From: Eledone cirrhosa
Taxonomy: Eukaryota
NCBI GenBank assembly: GCA_964016885.1
Contig: OZ024744.1
Location: 136,276,001-136,340,000 of the forward strand
Reading direction: 5' to 3'
DNA: 64,000 nt
A program made the translations under genes and the position numbers. The notes under the pieces were generated by a model. The model did not search any database. It saw only the letters and a program-made list of their open reading frames with translations, and had not been told where the DNA came from. Shown here piece by piece: positions 36,601-51,600 of the stretch. The first letter of the stretch is position 1, and the number at the start of each line of letters is the position of its first letter.

Positions 36601-39600
36601 GAGAGGAGACTGAGGTGGTATGGACATGTGATGTGTTGAGAGAGAAACTGTGTCTGAGAGGGATAGAATGTAGTGTGCGAGAGAGGAGACTGAGGTGGTA
36701 TGGACATGTGATGAGTTGAGAGAGAAACTGTGTCTGAGAGGGATAGAATGTAGTGTAAGAGAGAGGAGACTGAGGTAGTATGGACATGTGATGGGTTGAG
36801 AGAGAAACTGTGTCTGAGAGGGATAGAATGTAGTGTGCGAGAGAGGAGACTGAGGTGGTATGGACATGTGATGTGTTGAGAGAGAAACTGTGTCTGAGAG
36901 GGATAGAATGTAGTGTGCGAGAGAGGAGACTGAGGTGGTATGGACATGTGATGAGTTGAGAGAGAAACTGTGTCTGAGAGGGATAGAATGTAGTGTAAGA
37001 GAGAGGAGACTGAGGTAGTATGGACATGTGATGAGTTGAGAGAGAAACTGTGTCTGAGAGGGATAGAATGTAGTGTGCGAGAGAGGAGACTGAGATGGTA
37101 TGGACATGTGATGTGTTGAGAGAGAAACTGTGTCTGAGAGGGATAGAATGTAGTGTGCGAGAGAGGAGACTGAGGTGGTATGGACATGTGATGACTTGAG
37201 AGAGAAACTGTCTGACAGGGATAGAATGTAGTGTGCGAGAGGGGAGACTGAGGTAGTATAGACATGTGATGAATTGAGAGAGAAACTGTGTCTGAGAGGG
37301 ATAGAATGTAGTGTGCGAAAGAGGAGACTGAGGTGGTATGGACATGTGATGAGTTGAGAGAGAAACTGTGTCTGAGAGAGATAGAATGTAGTGTGTGAGA
37401 GAGGAGACTGAGGTGGTATGGACATGTGATGTGTTGAGAGAGAAACTGTGTCTGAGAGTGATAGAATGTAGTGTAAGAGAGAGGAGACTGAGGTGGTATG
37501 GACATGTGATGAGTTGAGAGAGAAACTGTGTCTGAGAGGGATAGAATATAGTGTGCGAGAGGAGGAGACTGAGGTGGTATGGACATGTGATGTGTTGAGA
37601 GAGAAACTGTGTCCGAGAGTGATAGAATGTAGTGTAAGAGAGAGGAGACTGAGGTGGTATGGACATGTGATGAGTTGAGAGAGAAACTGTGTCTGATAGG
37701 GATAGAATATAGTGTGCGAGAGGAGGAGACTGAGGTGGTATGGACATGTGATGTGTTGAGAGAGAAACTGTCTGAGAGGGATAGAATGTAGTGTGTGAGA
37801 GAAGAGACTGAGGTGGTATGGACATGTGATGTGTTGAGAGAGAAACTGTGTCTGAGAGGGATAGAATGTAGTGTGCGAGAGAGGAGACTGAGGTGGTATG
37901 TACATGTGATGACTTGAGAGAGAAACTGTGTCTGAGAGAGATAGAATGTAGTGTACGAGAGAGGAGACTGAGGTGGTATGTACATGTGATGAATTGAGAG
38001 AGAAACTGTGTCTGAGAGAGATAGAATGTAGTGTGCGAGAGAGGAGACTGAGGTGGTATGGACATGTGATGTGTTGAGAGAGAAACTGTGTCTGAGAGGG
38101 ATAGAATGTAGTGTACGGGAGAGGAGACAGGTGGTATGGACATGTGATGAGTTGAAAGAGAAACTGTGTCTGAGAGGGATAGAATGTAGTGTGCGAGAGA
38201 GGAGACTGAGGTGGTATGAACATGTGATGAGTTGAAAGAGAAACTGTGTCTGAGAGGGATAGAATGTAGTGTGTGAGAGAGGAGACAGGTGGTATGGACA
38301 TGTGATGAGTTGAGAGAGAAACTCTGTCTGAGAGGGATAGAATGTAGTGTGCGAGAGAGGAGACTGAGGTGGTATGAACATGTGATGAGTTGAAAGAGAA
38401 ACTGTGTCTGAGAGGGATAGAATGTAGTGTGTGAGAGAGGAGACAGGTGGTATGGACATGTGATGAGTTGAGAGAGAAACTGTGTCTGAGCGGGATAGAA
38501 TGTAGTGTGCGAGAGAGGAGACTGAGGTGGTATGGACATGTGATGAGTTGAGAGAGAAACTGTGTCTGAGAGGGATAGAATGTAGTGTGCGAGAGAGGAG
38601 ACGGAGGTGGTATGGACATGTGATGAGTTGAGAGAGAAACTGTGTCTGAGAGGGATAGAATGTAGTGTACGGGAGAGGAGACAGGTGGTATGAACATGTG
38701 ATGAGTTGAGAAACTGTGTCTGAGAGGGATAGAATGTAGTGTGCGAGAGAGGAGACTGAGGTGGTATGGACATGTGATGACTTGAGAGAGAAACTGTGTC
38801 TGAGAGAGATAGAATGTAGTGTGTGAGAGAGGAGACTGAGGTGGTATGGACATGTGATGTGTTGTGAGAGAAACTGTGTCTGAGAGAGATAGAATGTAGT
38901 GTGTGAGAGGGGAGACTGAGGTGGTATAGACATGTGATGAGTTGAGAGAGAAACTGTGACTGAGAGGGATAGAATGTGGTGTGCGAGAGAGGAGACTGAG
39001 GTGGTATGGACATCTGATGTGTTGAGAGAGAAACCGTGTCTGAGAGGGATAGAATGTAGTGTGCGAGAGAGGAGACTGAGGTGCTATGGACATGTGATGT
39101 GTCGAGAGAGAAACTGTGTCTGAGAGGGATATAATGTAGTGTGCGAGAGAGGAGACTGAGGTGGTATGGACATGTGATGTGTTGAGAGAGAAACTGTGTC
39201 TGAGAGGGATAGAATGTGGTGTGCGAGAGGAGGAGACTGAGGTGGTATGGACATGTGATGTGTTGAGAGAGAAACTGTCTGAGAGGGATAGAATGTAGTG
39301 TGCGAGAGAGGAGACTGTGGTGGTATGGACATGTGAAGTGTTGAGAGAGAAACTGTGTCTGAGAGGGATAGAATGTAGTGTACGAGAGAGGAGACTGAGG
39401 TGGTATGGACATGTGATGTGTTGAGAGAGAAACTGTGTCTGAGAGGGATAGAATGTAGTGTACGGGAGAGGAGACTGAGGTAGTATAGACATGTGATGTG
39501 TTGAGAGAGAAACTGTGTCTGAGAGGGATAGAATGTGGTGTGCGAGAGAGGAGACTGAGGTGGTATGAACATGTGATGAGTTGAGAGAGAAACTGTGTCT

Positions 39601-42600
39601 GAGAGGGATAGAATGTAGTGTGCGAGAGAGGAGACTGAGGTGGTATGGACATGTGATGAGTTGAGAGAGAAACTGTGTCTGAGAGGGATAGAATGTGGTG
39701 TGCGAGAGAGGAGACTGAGGAGGTATGGACATGTGATGAGTTGAGAGAGAAACTTTGTCTGAGAGGGATAGAATGTGGTGTGCGAGAGAGGAGACAGGTG
39801 GTATGGACATGTGATGAGTTGAAAGAGAAACTCTGTCTGAGAGGGATAGAATGTAGTGTGCGAGAGAGGAGACAGGTGGTATGGTCATGTGATGAGTTGA
39901 GAGAGAAACTGTGTCTGAGAGGGATAGAATGTAGTGTGCGAGAGAGGAGACTGAGGTGGTATGGACATGTGATGTGTTGAGAGAGAAACTGTGTCTGAGA
40001 GGGATAGAATGTGGTGTGCGAGAGAGGAGACTGAGGTGGTATGGACATGTGATGTGTTGAGAGAGAAACTGTGTCTGAGAGGGATAGAATGTAGTGTGCG
40101 AGAGAGGAGACTGAGGTGGTATGGACATGTGATGAGTTGAGAGAGAAACTGTGTCTGAGAGGGATAGAATGTGGTGTGCGAGAGAGGAGACTGAGGTGGT
40201 ATGGACATGTGATGTGTTGAGAGAGAAACTGTGTCTGAGAGGGATAGAATGTAGTGTGCGAGAGAGGAGACTGAGGTGGTATGGACATGTGATGAGTTGA
40301 GAGAGAAACTGTGTCTGAGAGGGATAGAATGTAGTGTGCGAGAGAGGAGACTGAGGTGGTATGGACATGTGATGAGTTGAGAGAGAAACTGTGTCTGAGA
40401 GTGATAGAATGTAGTGTGTGAGAAAGGAGACTGAGTTGGTATGGACATGTGATGTGTTTTGAGAGAGAAACTGTGTCTGAGAGGGATAGAATGTAGTGTA
40501 AGAGAGAGGAGACTGAGGTGGTATGGACATGTGATGTGTTGAGAGAGAAACTGTCTGAGAGGGATAGAATGTAGTGTGCGAGAGAGGAGACTGAGGTGGT
40601 ATGGACATGTGATGAGTTGAGAGAGAAACTGTGTCTGAGAGGGATAGAATGTAGTGTGCGAGAGAGGAGACTGAGGTGGTATGGACATGTGATGAGTTGA
40701 GAGAGAAACTGTGTCTGAGAGGGATAGAATGTAGTCTGTGAGAGAGGAGACTCAGGTGGTATGGACATGTGATGTGTTGAGAGAGAAACTGCGTCTGAGA
40801 ATGATAGAATGTGGTGTGCGAGAGAGGAGACTGAGGTGGTATGGACATGTGATGTGTTGAGAGAGAAACTGTGTCTGAGAGGGATAGAATGTAGTGTGTG
40901 AGAGAGGAGACTGAGGTGGTATGGACATGTGATGTGTTGAGAGAGAAACTGTGTCTGAGAGGGATAGAATGTAGTGTGCGAGAGAGGAGACTGAGGTGGT
41001 ATGGACATGTGATGTGTTGAGAGATAAACTGTCTGAGAGGGATAGAATGTAGTGTGCGAGAGGGGAGACTGAGGTGGTATGGACATGTGATGTGTTGAGA
41101 GAGAAACTGTATCTGAGAGGGATAGAATGTAGTGTGCGAGAGAGGAGACTGGTGGTATGGACATGTGATGTGTTGAGAGAGAAACTGTGTCTGAGAGGGA
41201 TAGAATGTGGTGTGCGAGAGAGGAGACTGAGGTGGTATGAACATGTGATGAGTTGAGAGAGAAACTCTGTCTGAGAGGGATAGAATGTAGTGTGCGAGAG
41301 AGGAGACTGAGGTGGTATGAACATGTGATGAGTTGAGAGAGAAACTCTGTCTGAGAGGGATAGAATGTAGTATACGAGAGAGGAGACTGAGGTGGTATGG
41401 ACATGTGATGAGTTGAGAGAGAAACTGTGTCTGAGAGGGATAGAATGTAGTGTGCGAGAGAGGAGACTGAGGTGGTATGTACATGTGATGTGTTGAGAGA
41501 GAAACTGTGTCTGAGAGTGATAGAATGTAGTGTGCGAGAGAGGAGACTGAGGTGGTATGGACATGTGATGAGTTGAGAGAGAAACTGTGTCTGAGAGGGA
41601 TAGAATGTAGTCTGTGAGAGAGGAGACTGAGGTGGTATGGACATGTGATGTGTTGAGAGAGAAACTGCGTCTGAGAGTGATAGAATGTGGTGTGCGAGAG
41701 AGGAGACTGAGGTGGTATGGACATGTGATGTGTTGAGAGAGAAACTGTGTCTGAGAGGGATAGAATGTAGTGTGTGAGAGAGGAGACTGAGGTGGTATGG
41801 ACATGTGATGTGTTGAGAGAGAAACTGTGTCTGAGAGGGATAGAATGTAGTGTGCGAGAGAGGAGACTGAGGTGGTATGGACATGTGATTTATCGAGAGA
41901 GAAACTGTGTCTGAGAGGGATAGAATGTAGTGTGCGAGAGGGGAGACTGAGGTGGTATGGACATGTGATGTGTTGAGAGAGAAACTGTGTCTGAGAGGGA
42001 TAGAATGTAGTGTGCGAGAGAGGAGACAGGTGGTATGAACATGTGATGAGTTGAGAGAGAAACTGTGTCTGAGAGGGATAGAATGTAGTGTGCGAGAGAG
42101 GAGACTGAGGTTTTTTTGTACATGTGATGTGTTGAGAGAGAAACTGTGTCTGAGAGGGATAGAATGTAGTGTGCGAGAGAGGAGACTGAGGTGGTATGGA
42201 CATGTGATGTGTTGAGAGAGAAACTGTGTCTGAGAGGGATAGAATGTAGTGTGCGAGAGAGGAGACTGAGGTGGTATGGTCATGTGATGTGTTGAGAGAG
42301 AAACTGTGTCTGAGAGGGATAGAATGTAGTGTACGGGAGAGGAGACTGAGGTGGTATGGACATGTGATGTGTTGAGAGAGAAACTGTCTGAGAGGGATAG
42401 AATGTAGTGTGTGAGAGAGGAGACTGAGGTGGTATGGACATGTGATGTGTTGAGAGAGAAACTGTGTCTGAGAGGGATAGAATGTGGTGTGCGAGAGGAG
42501 GAGACTGAGGTGGTATGGACATGTGATGTGTTGAGAGAGAAACTGTCTGAGAGGGATAGAATGTAGTGTGCGAGAGAGGAGACTGTGGTGGTATGGACAT

Positions 42601-45600
42601 GTGAAGTGTTGAGAGAGAAACTGTGTCTGAGAGGGATAGAATGTAGTGTACGAGAGAGGAGACTGAGGTGGTATGGACATGTGATGTGTTGAGAGAGAAA
42701 CTGTGTCTGAGAGGGATAGAATGTAGTGTGCGAGAGAGGAGACTGAGGTAGTATAGACATGTGATGTGTTGAGAGAGAAACTGTGTCTGAGAGGGATAGA
42801 ATGTAGTGTGCGAGAGAGGAGACAGGTGGTATGGACATGTGATGAGTTGAAAGAGAAACTCTGTCTGAGAGGGATAGAATGTAGTGTGCGAGAGAGGAGA
42901 CTGAGGTGGTATGAACATGTGATGAGTTGAGAGAGAAACTGTGTCTGAGAGGGATAGAATGTAGTGTGCGAGAGAGGAGACTGAGGTGGTATGGACATGT
43001 GATGAGTTGAGAGAGAAACTGTGTCTGAGAGGGATAGAATGTGGTGTGCGAGAGAGAAACTGTGTCTGAGAGGGATAGAATGTAGTGTGCGAGAGAGGAG
43101 ATAGGTGGTATGGACATGTGATGAGTTGAAAGAGAAACTCTGTCTGAGAGGGATAGAATGTAGTGTGCGAGAGAGGAGACAGGTGGTATGGTCATGTGAT
43201 GAGTTGAGAGAGAAACTGTGTCTGAGAGGGATAGAATGTAGTGTGCGAGAGAGGAGACTGAGGTGGTATGGACATGTGATGTGTTGAGAGAGAAACTGTG
43301 TCTGAGAGGGATAGAATGTGGTGTGCGAGAGAGGAGACTGAGGTGGTATGGACATGTGATGTGTTGAGAGAAAAACTGCGTCTGAGAGTGATAGAATGTG
43401 GTGTGCGAGAGAGGAGACTGAGGTGGTATGGACATGTGATGTGTTGAGAGAGAAACTGTGTCTGAGAGGGATAGAATGTAGTGTGCGAGAGAGGAGACTG
43501 AGGTGGTATGGACATGTGATGAGTTGAGAGAGAAACTGTGTCTGAGAGGGATAGAATGTAGTGTGCGAGAGAGGAGACTGAGGTGGTATGGACATGTGAT
43601 GAGTTGAGAGAGAAACTGTGTCTGAGAGTGATAGAATGTAGTGTGTGAGAAAGGAGACTGAGTTGGTATGGACATGTGATGTGTTTTGAGAGAGAAACTG
43701 TGTCTGAGAGGGATAGAATGTAGTGTAAGAGAGAGGAGACTGAGGTGGTATGGACATGTGATGTGTTGAGAGAGAAACTGCGTCTGAGAATGATAGAATG
43801 TGGTGTGCGAGAGAGGAGACTGAGGTGGTATGGACATGTGATGTGTTGAGAGAGAAACTGTGTCTGAGAGGGATAGAATGTAGTGTGTGAGAGAGGAGAC
43901 TGAGGTGGTATGGACATGTGATGTGTTGAGAGAGAAACTGTGTCTGAGAGGGATAGAATGTAGTGTGCGAGAGAGGAGACTGAGGTGGTATGGACATGTG
44001 ATGTGTTGAGAGATAAACTGTCTGAGAGGGATAGAATGTAGTGTGCGAGAGGGGAGACTGAGGTGGTATGGACATGTGATGTGTTGAGAGAGAAACTGTA
44101 TCTGAGAGGGATAGAATGTAGTGTGCGAGAGAGGAGACTGGTGGTATGGACATGTGATGAGTTGAGAGAGAAACTGTGTCTGAGAGGGATAGAATGTGGT
44201 GTGCGAGAGAGAAACTGTGTCTGAGAGGGATAGAATGTAGTGTGCGAGAGAGGAGATAGGTGGTATGGACATGTGATGAGTTGAAAGAGAAACTCTGTCT
44301 GAGAGGGATAGAATGTAGTGTGCGAGAGAGGAGACAGGTGGTATGGTCATGTGATGAGTTGAGAGAGAAACTGTGTCTGAGAGGGATAGAATGTAGTGTG
44401 CGAGAGAGGAGACTGAGGTGGTATGGACATGTGATGTGTTGAGAGAGAAACTGTGTCTGAGAGGGATAGAATGTGGTGTGCGAGAGAGGAGACTGAGGTG
44501 GTATGGACATGTGATGTGTTGAGAGAGAAACTGCGTCTGAGAGTGATAGAATGTGGTGTGCGAGAGAGGAGACTGAGGTGGTATGGACATGTGATGTGTT
44601 GAGAGAGAAACTGTGTCTGAGAGGGATAGAATGTAGTGTGCGAGAGAGGAGACTGAGGTGGTATGGACATGTGATGAGTTGAGAGAGAAACTGTGTCTGA
44701 GAGGGATAGAATGTAGTGTGCGAGAGAGGAGACTGAGGTGGTATGGACATGTGATGAGTTGAGAGAGAAACTGTGTCTGAGAGTGATAGAATGTAGTGTG
44801 TGAGAAAGGAGACTGAGTTGGTATGGACATGTGATGTGTTTTGAGAGAGAAACTGTGTCTGAGAGGGATAGAATGTAGTGTAAGAGAGAGGAGACTGAGG
44901 TGGTATGGACATGTGATGTGTTGAGAGAGAAACTGCGTCTGAGAATGATAGAATGTGGTGTGCGAGAGAGGAGACTGAGGTGGTATGGACATGTGATGTG
45001 TTGAGAGAGAAACTGTGTCTGAGAGGGATAGAATGTAGTGTGTGAGAGAGGAGACTGAGGTGGTATGGACATGTGATGTGTTGAGAGAGAAACTGTGTCT
45101 GAGAGGGATAGAATGTAGTGTGCGAGAGAGGAGACTGAGGTGGTATGGACATGTGATGTGTTGAGAGATAAACTGTCTGAGAGGGATAGAATGTAGTGTG
45201 CGAGAGGGGAGACTGAGGTGGTATGGACATGTGATGTGTTGAGAGAGAAACTGTATCTGAGAGGGATAGAATGTAGTGTGCGAGAGAGGAGACTGGTGGT
45301 ATGGACATGTGATGTGTTGAGAGAGAAACTGTGTCTGAGTGGGATAGAATGTGGTGTGCGAGAGAGGAGACTGAGGTGGTATGAACATGTGATGAGTTGA
45401 GAGAGAAACTCTGTCTGAGAGGGATAGAATGTAGTGTGCGAGAGAGGAGACTGAGGTGGTATGAACATGTGATGAGTTGAGAGAGAAACTCTGTCTGAGA
45501 GGGATAGAATGTAGTATACGAGAGAGGAGACTGAGGTGGTATGGACATGTGATGAGTTGAGAGAGAAACTGTGTCTGAGAGGGATAGAATGTAGTGTGCG

Positions 45601-48600
45601 AGAGAGGAGACTGAGGTGGTATGTACATGTGATGTGTTGAGAGAGAAACTGTGTCTGAGAGTGATAGAATGTAGTGTGCGAGAGAGGAGACTGAGGTGGT
45701 ATGGACATGTGATGAGTTGAGAGAGAAACTGTGTCTGAGAGGGATAGAATGTAGTCTGTGAGAGAGGAGACTGAGGTGGTATGGACATGTGATGTGTTGA
45801 GAGAGAAACTGCGTCTGAGAGTGATAGAATGTGGTGTGCGAGAGAGGAGACTGAGGTGGTATGGACATGTGATGTGTTGAGAGAGAAACTGTGTCTGAGA
45901 GGGATAGAATGTAGTGTGTGAGAGAGGAGACTGAGGTGGTATGGACATGTGATGTGTTGAGAGAGAAACTGTGTCTGAGAGAGATAGAATGTAGTGTGTG
46001 AGAGAGGAGACTGAGGTGGTATGGACATGTGATGTGTTGAGAGAGAAACTGTGTCTGAGAGGGATAGAATGTAGTGTGCGAGAGAGGAGACTGAGGTGGT
46101 ATGGACATGTGATGACTTGAGAGAGAAACTGTCTGAGAGGGATAGAATGTAGTGTGCGAGAGGGGAGACTGAGGTAGTATAGACATGTGATGAATTGAGA
46201 GAGAAACTGTGTCTGAGAGGGATAGAATGTAGTGTGCGAGAGAGGAGACTGAGGTGGTATGGACATGTGATGAGTTGAGAGAGAAACTGTGTCTGAGAGA
46301 GATAGAATGTAGTGTGTGAGAGAGGAGACTGAGGTGGTATGGACATGTGATGTGTTGAGAGAGAAACTGTGTCTGAGAGAGATAGAATGTAGTGTGTGAG
46401 AGGGGAGACTGAGGTGGTATGGACATGTGATGAGTTGAGAGAGAAACTGTCTGAGAGGGATAGAATGTAGTGTGCGAGAGAGGAGACTGAGGTGGTATGG
46501 ACATGTGAAGTGTTGAGAGAGAAACTGTGTCTGAGAGTGATAGAATGTAGTGTAAGAGAGAGGAGACTGAGGTGGTATGAACATGTGATGAGTTGAGAGA
46601 GAAACTGTGTCTGAGAGGGATAGAATATAGTTTGCGAGAGGAGGAGACTGAGGTGGTATGGACATGTGATGTGTTGAGAGAGAAACTGTGTCCGAGAGTG
46701 ATAGAATGTAGTGTAAGAGAGAGGAGACTGAGGTGGTATGGACATGTGATGAGTTGAGAGAGAAACTGTGTCTGATAGGGATAGAATATAGTGTGCGAGA
46801 GGAGGAGACTGAGGTGGTATGGACATGTGATGTGTTGAGAGAGAAACTGTCTGAGAGGGATAGAATGTAGTGTGTGAGAGAAGAGACTGAGGTGGTATGG
46901 ACATGTGATGTGTTGAGAGAGAAACTGTGTCTGAGAGGGATAGAATGTAGTGTGCGAGAGAGGAGACTGGTGGTATGGACATGTGATGAGTTGAGAGAGA
47001 AACTGTGTCTGTATGGATAGAATGTAGTGTGCGAGAGAGGAGACTGAGGTGGTATGTACATGTGATGACTTGAGAGAGAAACTGTGTCTGAGAGAGATAG
47101 AATGTAGTGTACGAGAGAGGAGACTGAGGTGGTATGTACATGTGATGAATTGAGAGAGAAACTGTGTCTGAGAGAGATAGAATGTAGTGTGCGAGAGAGG
47201 AGACTGAGGTGGTATGGACATGTGATGTGTTGAGAGAGAAACTGTGTCTGAGAGGGATAGAATGTAGTGTATGGGAGAGGAGACAGGTGGTATGGACATG
47301 TGATGAGTTGAAAGAGAAACTGTGTCTGAGAGGGATAGAATGTAGTGTGCGAGAGAGGAGACTGAGGTGGTATGAACATGTGATGAGTTGAAAGAGAAAC
47401 TGTGTCTGAGAGGGATAGAATGTAGTGTGTGAGAGAGGAGACAGGTGGTATGGACATGTGATGAGTTGAGAGAGAAACTCTGTCTGAGAGGGATAGAATG
47501 TAGTGTGCGAGAGAGGAGACTGAGGTGGTATGAACATGTGATGAGTTGAAAGAGAAACTGTGTCTGAGAGGGATAGAATGTAGTGTACGGGAGAGGAGAC
47601 AGGTGGTATGAACATGTGATGAGTTGAGAAACTGTGTCTGAGAGGGATAGAATGTAGTGTGCGAGAGAGGAGACTGAGGTGGTATGGACATGTGATGACT
47701 TGAGAGAGAAACTGTGTCTGAGAGAGATAGAATGTAGTGTGTGAGAGAGGAGACTGAGGTGGTATGGACATGTGATGTGTTGTGAGAGAAACTGTGTCTG
47801 AGAGAGATAGAATGTAGTGTGTGAGAGGGGAGACTGAGGTGGTATAGACATGTGATGAGTTGAGAGAGAAACTGTGACTGAGAGGGATAGAATGTGGTGT
47901 GCGAGAGAGGAGACTGAGGTGGTATGGACATGTGATGTGTTGAGAGAGAAACCGTGTCTGAGAGGGATAGAATGTAGTGTGCGAGAGAGGAGACTGAGGT
48001 GCTATGGACATGTGATGTGTCGAGAGAGAAACTGTGTCTGAGAGGGATATAATGTAGTGTGCGAGAGAGGAGACTGAGGTGGTATGGACATGTGATGTGT
48101 TGAGAGAGAAATTGTCTGAGAGGGATATAATGTAGTGTGCGAGAGAGGAGACTGAGGTGGTATGGACATGTGATGTGTTGAGAGAGAAACTGTGTCTGAG
48201 AGGGATAGAATGTAGTGTGCGAGAGAGGAGACTGAGGTGGTATGGACATGTGATGAGTTGAGAGAGAAACTGTCTGAGAGGGATAGAATGTAGTGTGCGA
48301 GAGAGGAGACTGAGGTGGTATGGACATGTGATGTGTTGAGAGAGAAACTGTGTCTGAGAAGGATAGAATGTAGTGTGCGAGAGAGGAGACTGAGGTGGTA
48401 TGGACATGTGATGACTTGAGAGAGAAACTGTCTGAGAGGGATAGAATGTAGTGTGCGAGAGGGGAGACTGAGGTAGTATAGACATGTGATGAATTGAGAG
48501 AGAAACTGTGTCTGAGAGGGATAGAATGTAGTGTACGGGAGAGGAGACTGAGGTGGTATGAACATGTGATGAGTCGAGAGAGAAACTGTGTCTGAGAGAG

Positions 48601-51600
48601 ATAGAATGTAGTGTGTGAGAGGAGAGACTGAGGTGGTATGGACATGTGATGAGTTGAGAGAGAAACTGTCTGAGAGGGATAGAATGTAGTGTGCGAGAGA
48701 GGAGACTGAGGTGGTATGGACATGTGAAGTGTTGAGAGAGAAACTGTGTCTGAGAGAGATAGAATGAAGTGTGCGAGAGAGGAGACAGGTGGTATGGACA
48801 TGTGATGACTTGAGAGAGAAACTGTCTGAGAGGGATAGAATGTAGTGTGCGAGAGGGGAGACTGAGGTAGTATAGACATGTGATGAATTGAGAGAGAAAC
48901 TGTGTCTGAGAGGGATAGAATGTAGTGTACGGGAGAGGAGACAGGTGGTATGAACATGTGATGAGTTGAGAGAGAAACTGTGTCTGAGAGGGATAGAATG
49001 TAGTGTGCGAGAGAGGAGACTGAGGTGGTATGGACATGTGATGAGTTGAGAGAGAAACTGTGTCTGAGAGAGATAGAATGTAGTGTGTGAGAGAGGAGAC
49101 TGAGGTGGTATGGACATGTGATGTGTTGAGAGAGAAACTGTGTCTGAGAGAGATAGAATGTAGTGTGTGAGAGGGGAGACTGAGGTGGTATGGACATGTG
49201 ATGAGTTGAGAGAGAAACTGTCTGAGAGGGATAGAATGTAGTGTGCGAGAGAGGAGACTGAGGTGGTATGGACATGTGAAGTGTTGAGAGAGACACTGTG
49301 TCTGAGAGAGATAGAATGTAGTGTGTGAGAGAGGAGACTGAGGTGGTATGGACATGTGATGTGTTGTGAGAGTAACTGTGTCTGAGAGAGATAGAATGTA
49401 GTGTGTGAGAGGGGAGACTGAGGTGGTATAGACATGTGATGAGTTGAGAGAGAAACTGTGACTGAGAGGGATAGAATGTGGTGTGCGAGAGAGGAGACTG
49501 AGGTGGTATGGACATGTGATGTGTTGAGAGAGAAACCGTGTCTGAGAGGGATAGAATGTAGTGTGCGAGAGAGGAGACTGAGGTGCTATGGACATGTGAT
49601 GTGTCGAGAGAGAAACTGTGTCTGAGAGGGATATAATGTAGTGTGCGAGAGAGGAGACTGAGGTGGTATGGACATGTGATGTGTTGAGAGAGAAACTGTG
49701 TCTGAGAGGGATATAATGTAGTGTGCGAGAGAGGAGACTGAGGTGGTATGGACATGTGATGTGTTGAGAGAGAAACTGTGTCTGAGAGGGATAGAATGTA
49801 GTGTGCGAGAGAGGAGACTGAGGTGGTATGGACATGTGATGAGTTGAGAGAGAAACTGTCTGAGAGGGATAGAATGTAGTGTGCGAGAGAGGAGACTGAG
49901 GTGGTATGGACATGTGATGTGTTGAGAGAGAAACTGTGTCTGAGAGGGATAGAATGTAGTGTGCGAGAGAGGAGACTGAGGTGGTATGGACATGTGATGT
50001 GTTGAGAGAGAAACTGTGTCTGAGAGTGATAGAATGTAGTGTACGGGAGAGGAGACTTAGGTAGTATGGACATGTGATGAGTTGAGAGAGAAACTGTGTC
50101 TGAGAGGGATAGAATGTAGTGTGAGAGAGAGGAGACTGAGGTGGTATGGACATGTGATGAGTTGAGAGAGAAACTGCTTCTGAGAGGGATAGAATGTAGT
50201 GTGCGAGAGAGGAGACTGAGGTGGTATGGACATGTGATGTGTTGAGAGAGAAACTGTGTCTGAGAGGGATAGAATGTAGTGTGTGAGAGAGGAGACTGAG
50301 GTGGTATGGACATGTGATGTGTTGAGAGAGAAACTGTGTCTGAGAGGGATAGAATGTAGTGTGCGAGAGGGGAGACTGAGGTGGTATGGACATGTGATGT
50401 GTTGAGAGAGAAACTGTGTCTGAGAGGGATAGAATGAAGTGTGCGAGAGAGGAGACAGGTGGTATGGACATGTGATGAGTTGAGAGAGAAACTGTGTCTG
50501 AGAGGGATAGAATGTAGTGTGAGAGAGAGGAGACTGAGGTGGTATGGACATGTGATGTGTTGAGAGAGAAACTGTGTCTGAGAGTGATAGAATGTAGTGT
50601 GTGAGAGAGGAGACTTAGGTAGTATGGACATGTGATGAGTTGAGAGAGAAACTGTGTCTGAGAGGGATAAAATGTAGTGTGAGAGAGAGGAGACTGAGGT
50701 GGTATGGACATGTGATGAGTTGAGAGAGAAACTGCTTCTGAGAGGGATAGAATGTAGTGTGCGAGAGAGGAGACTGAGGTGGTATGGACATGTGATGTGT
50801 TGAGAGAGAAACTGTGTCTGAGAGGGATAGAATGAAGTGTGCGAGAGAGGAGACAGGTGGTATGGACATGTGATGAGTTGAGAGAGAAACTGTGTCTGAG
50901 AGGGATAGAATGTAGTCTGTGAGAGAGGGGACTGAGGTGGTATGGACATGTGATGTGTTGAGAGAGAAACTGTGTCTGAGAGGGATATAATGTAGTGTGC
51001 GAGAGGGGAGACTGAGGTAGTATAGACATGTGATGAATTGAGAGAGAAACTGTGTCTGAGAGGGATAGAATGTAGTGTACGGGAGAGGAGACAGGTGGTA
51101 TGAACATGTGATGAGTTGAGAGAGAAACTGTGTCTGAGAGGGATAGAATGTAGTGTGCGAGAGAGGAGACTGAGGTGGTATGGACATGTGATGAGTTGAG
51201 AGAGAAACTGTGTCTGAGAGAGATAGAATGTAGTGTGTGAGAGAGGAGACTGAGGTGGTATGGACATGTGATGTGTTGAGAGAGAAACTGTGTCTGAGAG
51301 AGATAGAATGTAGTGTGTGAGAGGGGAGACTGAGGTGGTATGGACATGTGATGAGTTGAGAGAGAAACTGTCTGAGAGGGATAGAATGTAGTGTGCGAGA
51401 GAGGAGACTGAGGTGGTATGGACATGTGAAGTGTTGAGAGAGACACTGTGTCTGAGAGAGATAGAATGTAGTGTGTGAGAGAGGAGACTGAGGTGGTATG
51501 GACATGTGATGTGTTGTGAGAGTAACTGTGTCTGAGAGAGATAGAATGTAGTGTGTGAGAGGGGAGACTGAGGTGGTATAGACATGTGATGAGTTGAGAG

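Noticed and set aside
42108-42122. Unique GGTTTTTTTGTAC variant replacing GGTGGTATGGAC
   Set aside because: It occurs once and is not seen in the paralogous block; it cannot be distinguished from a consensus error.
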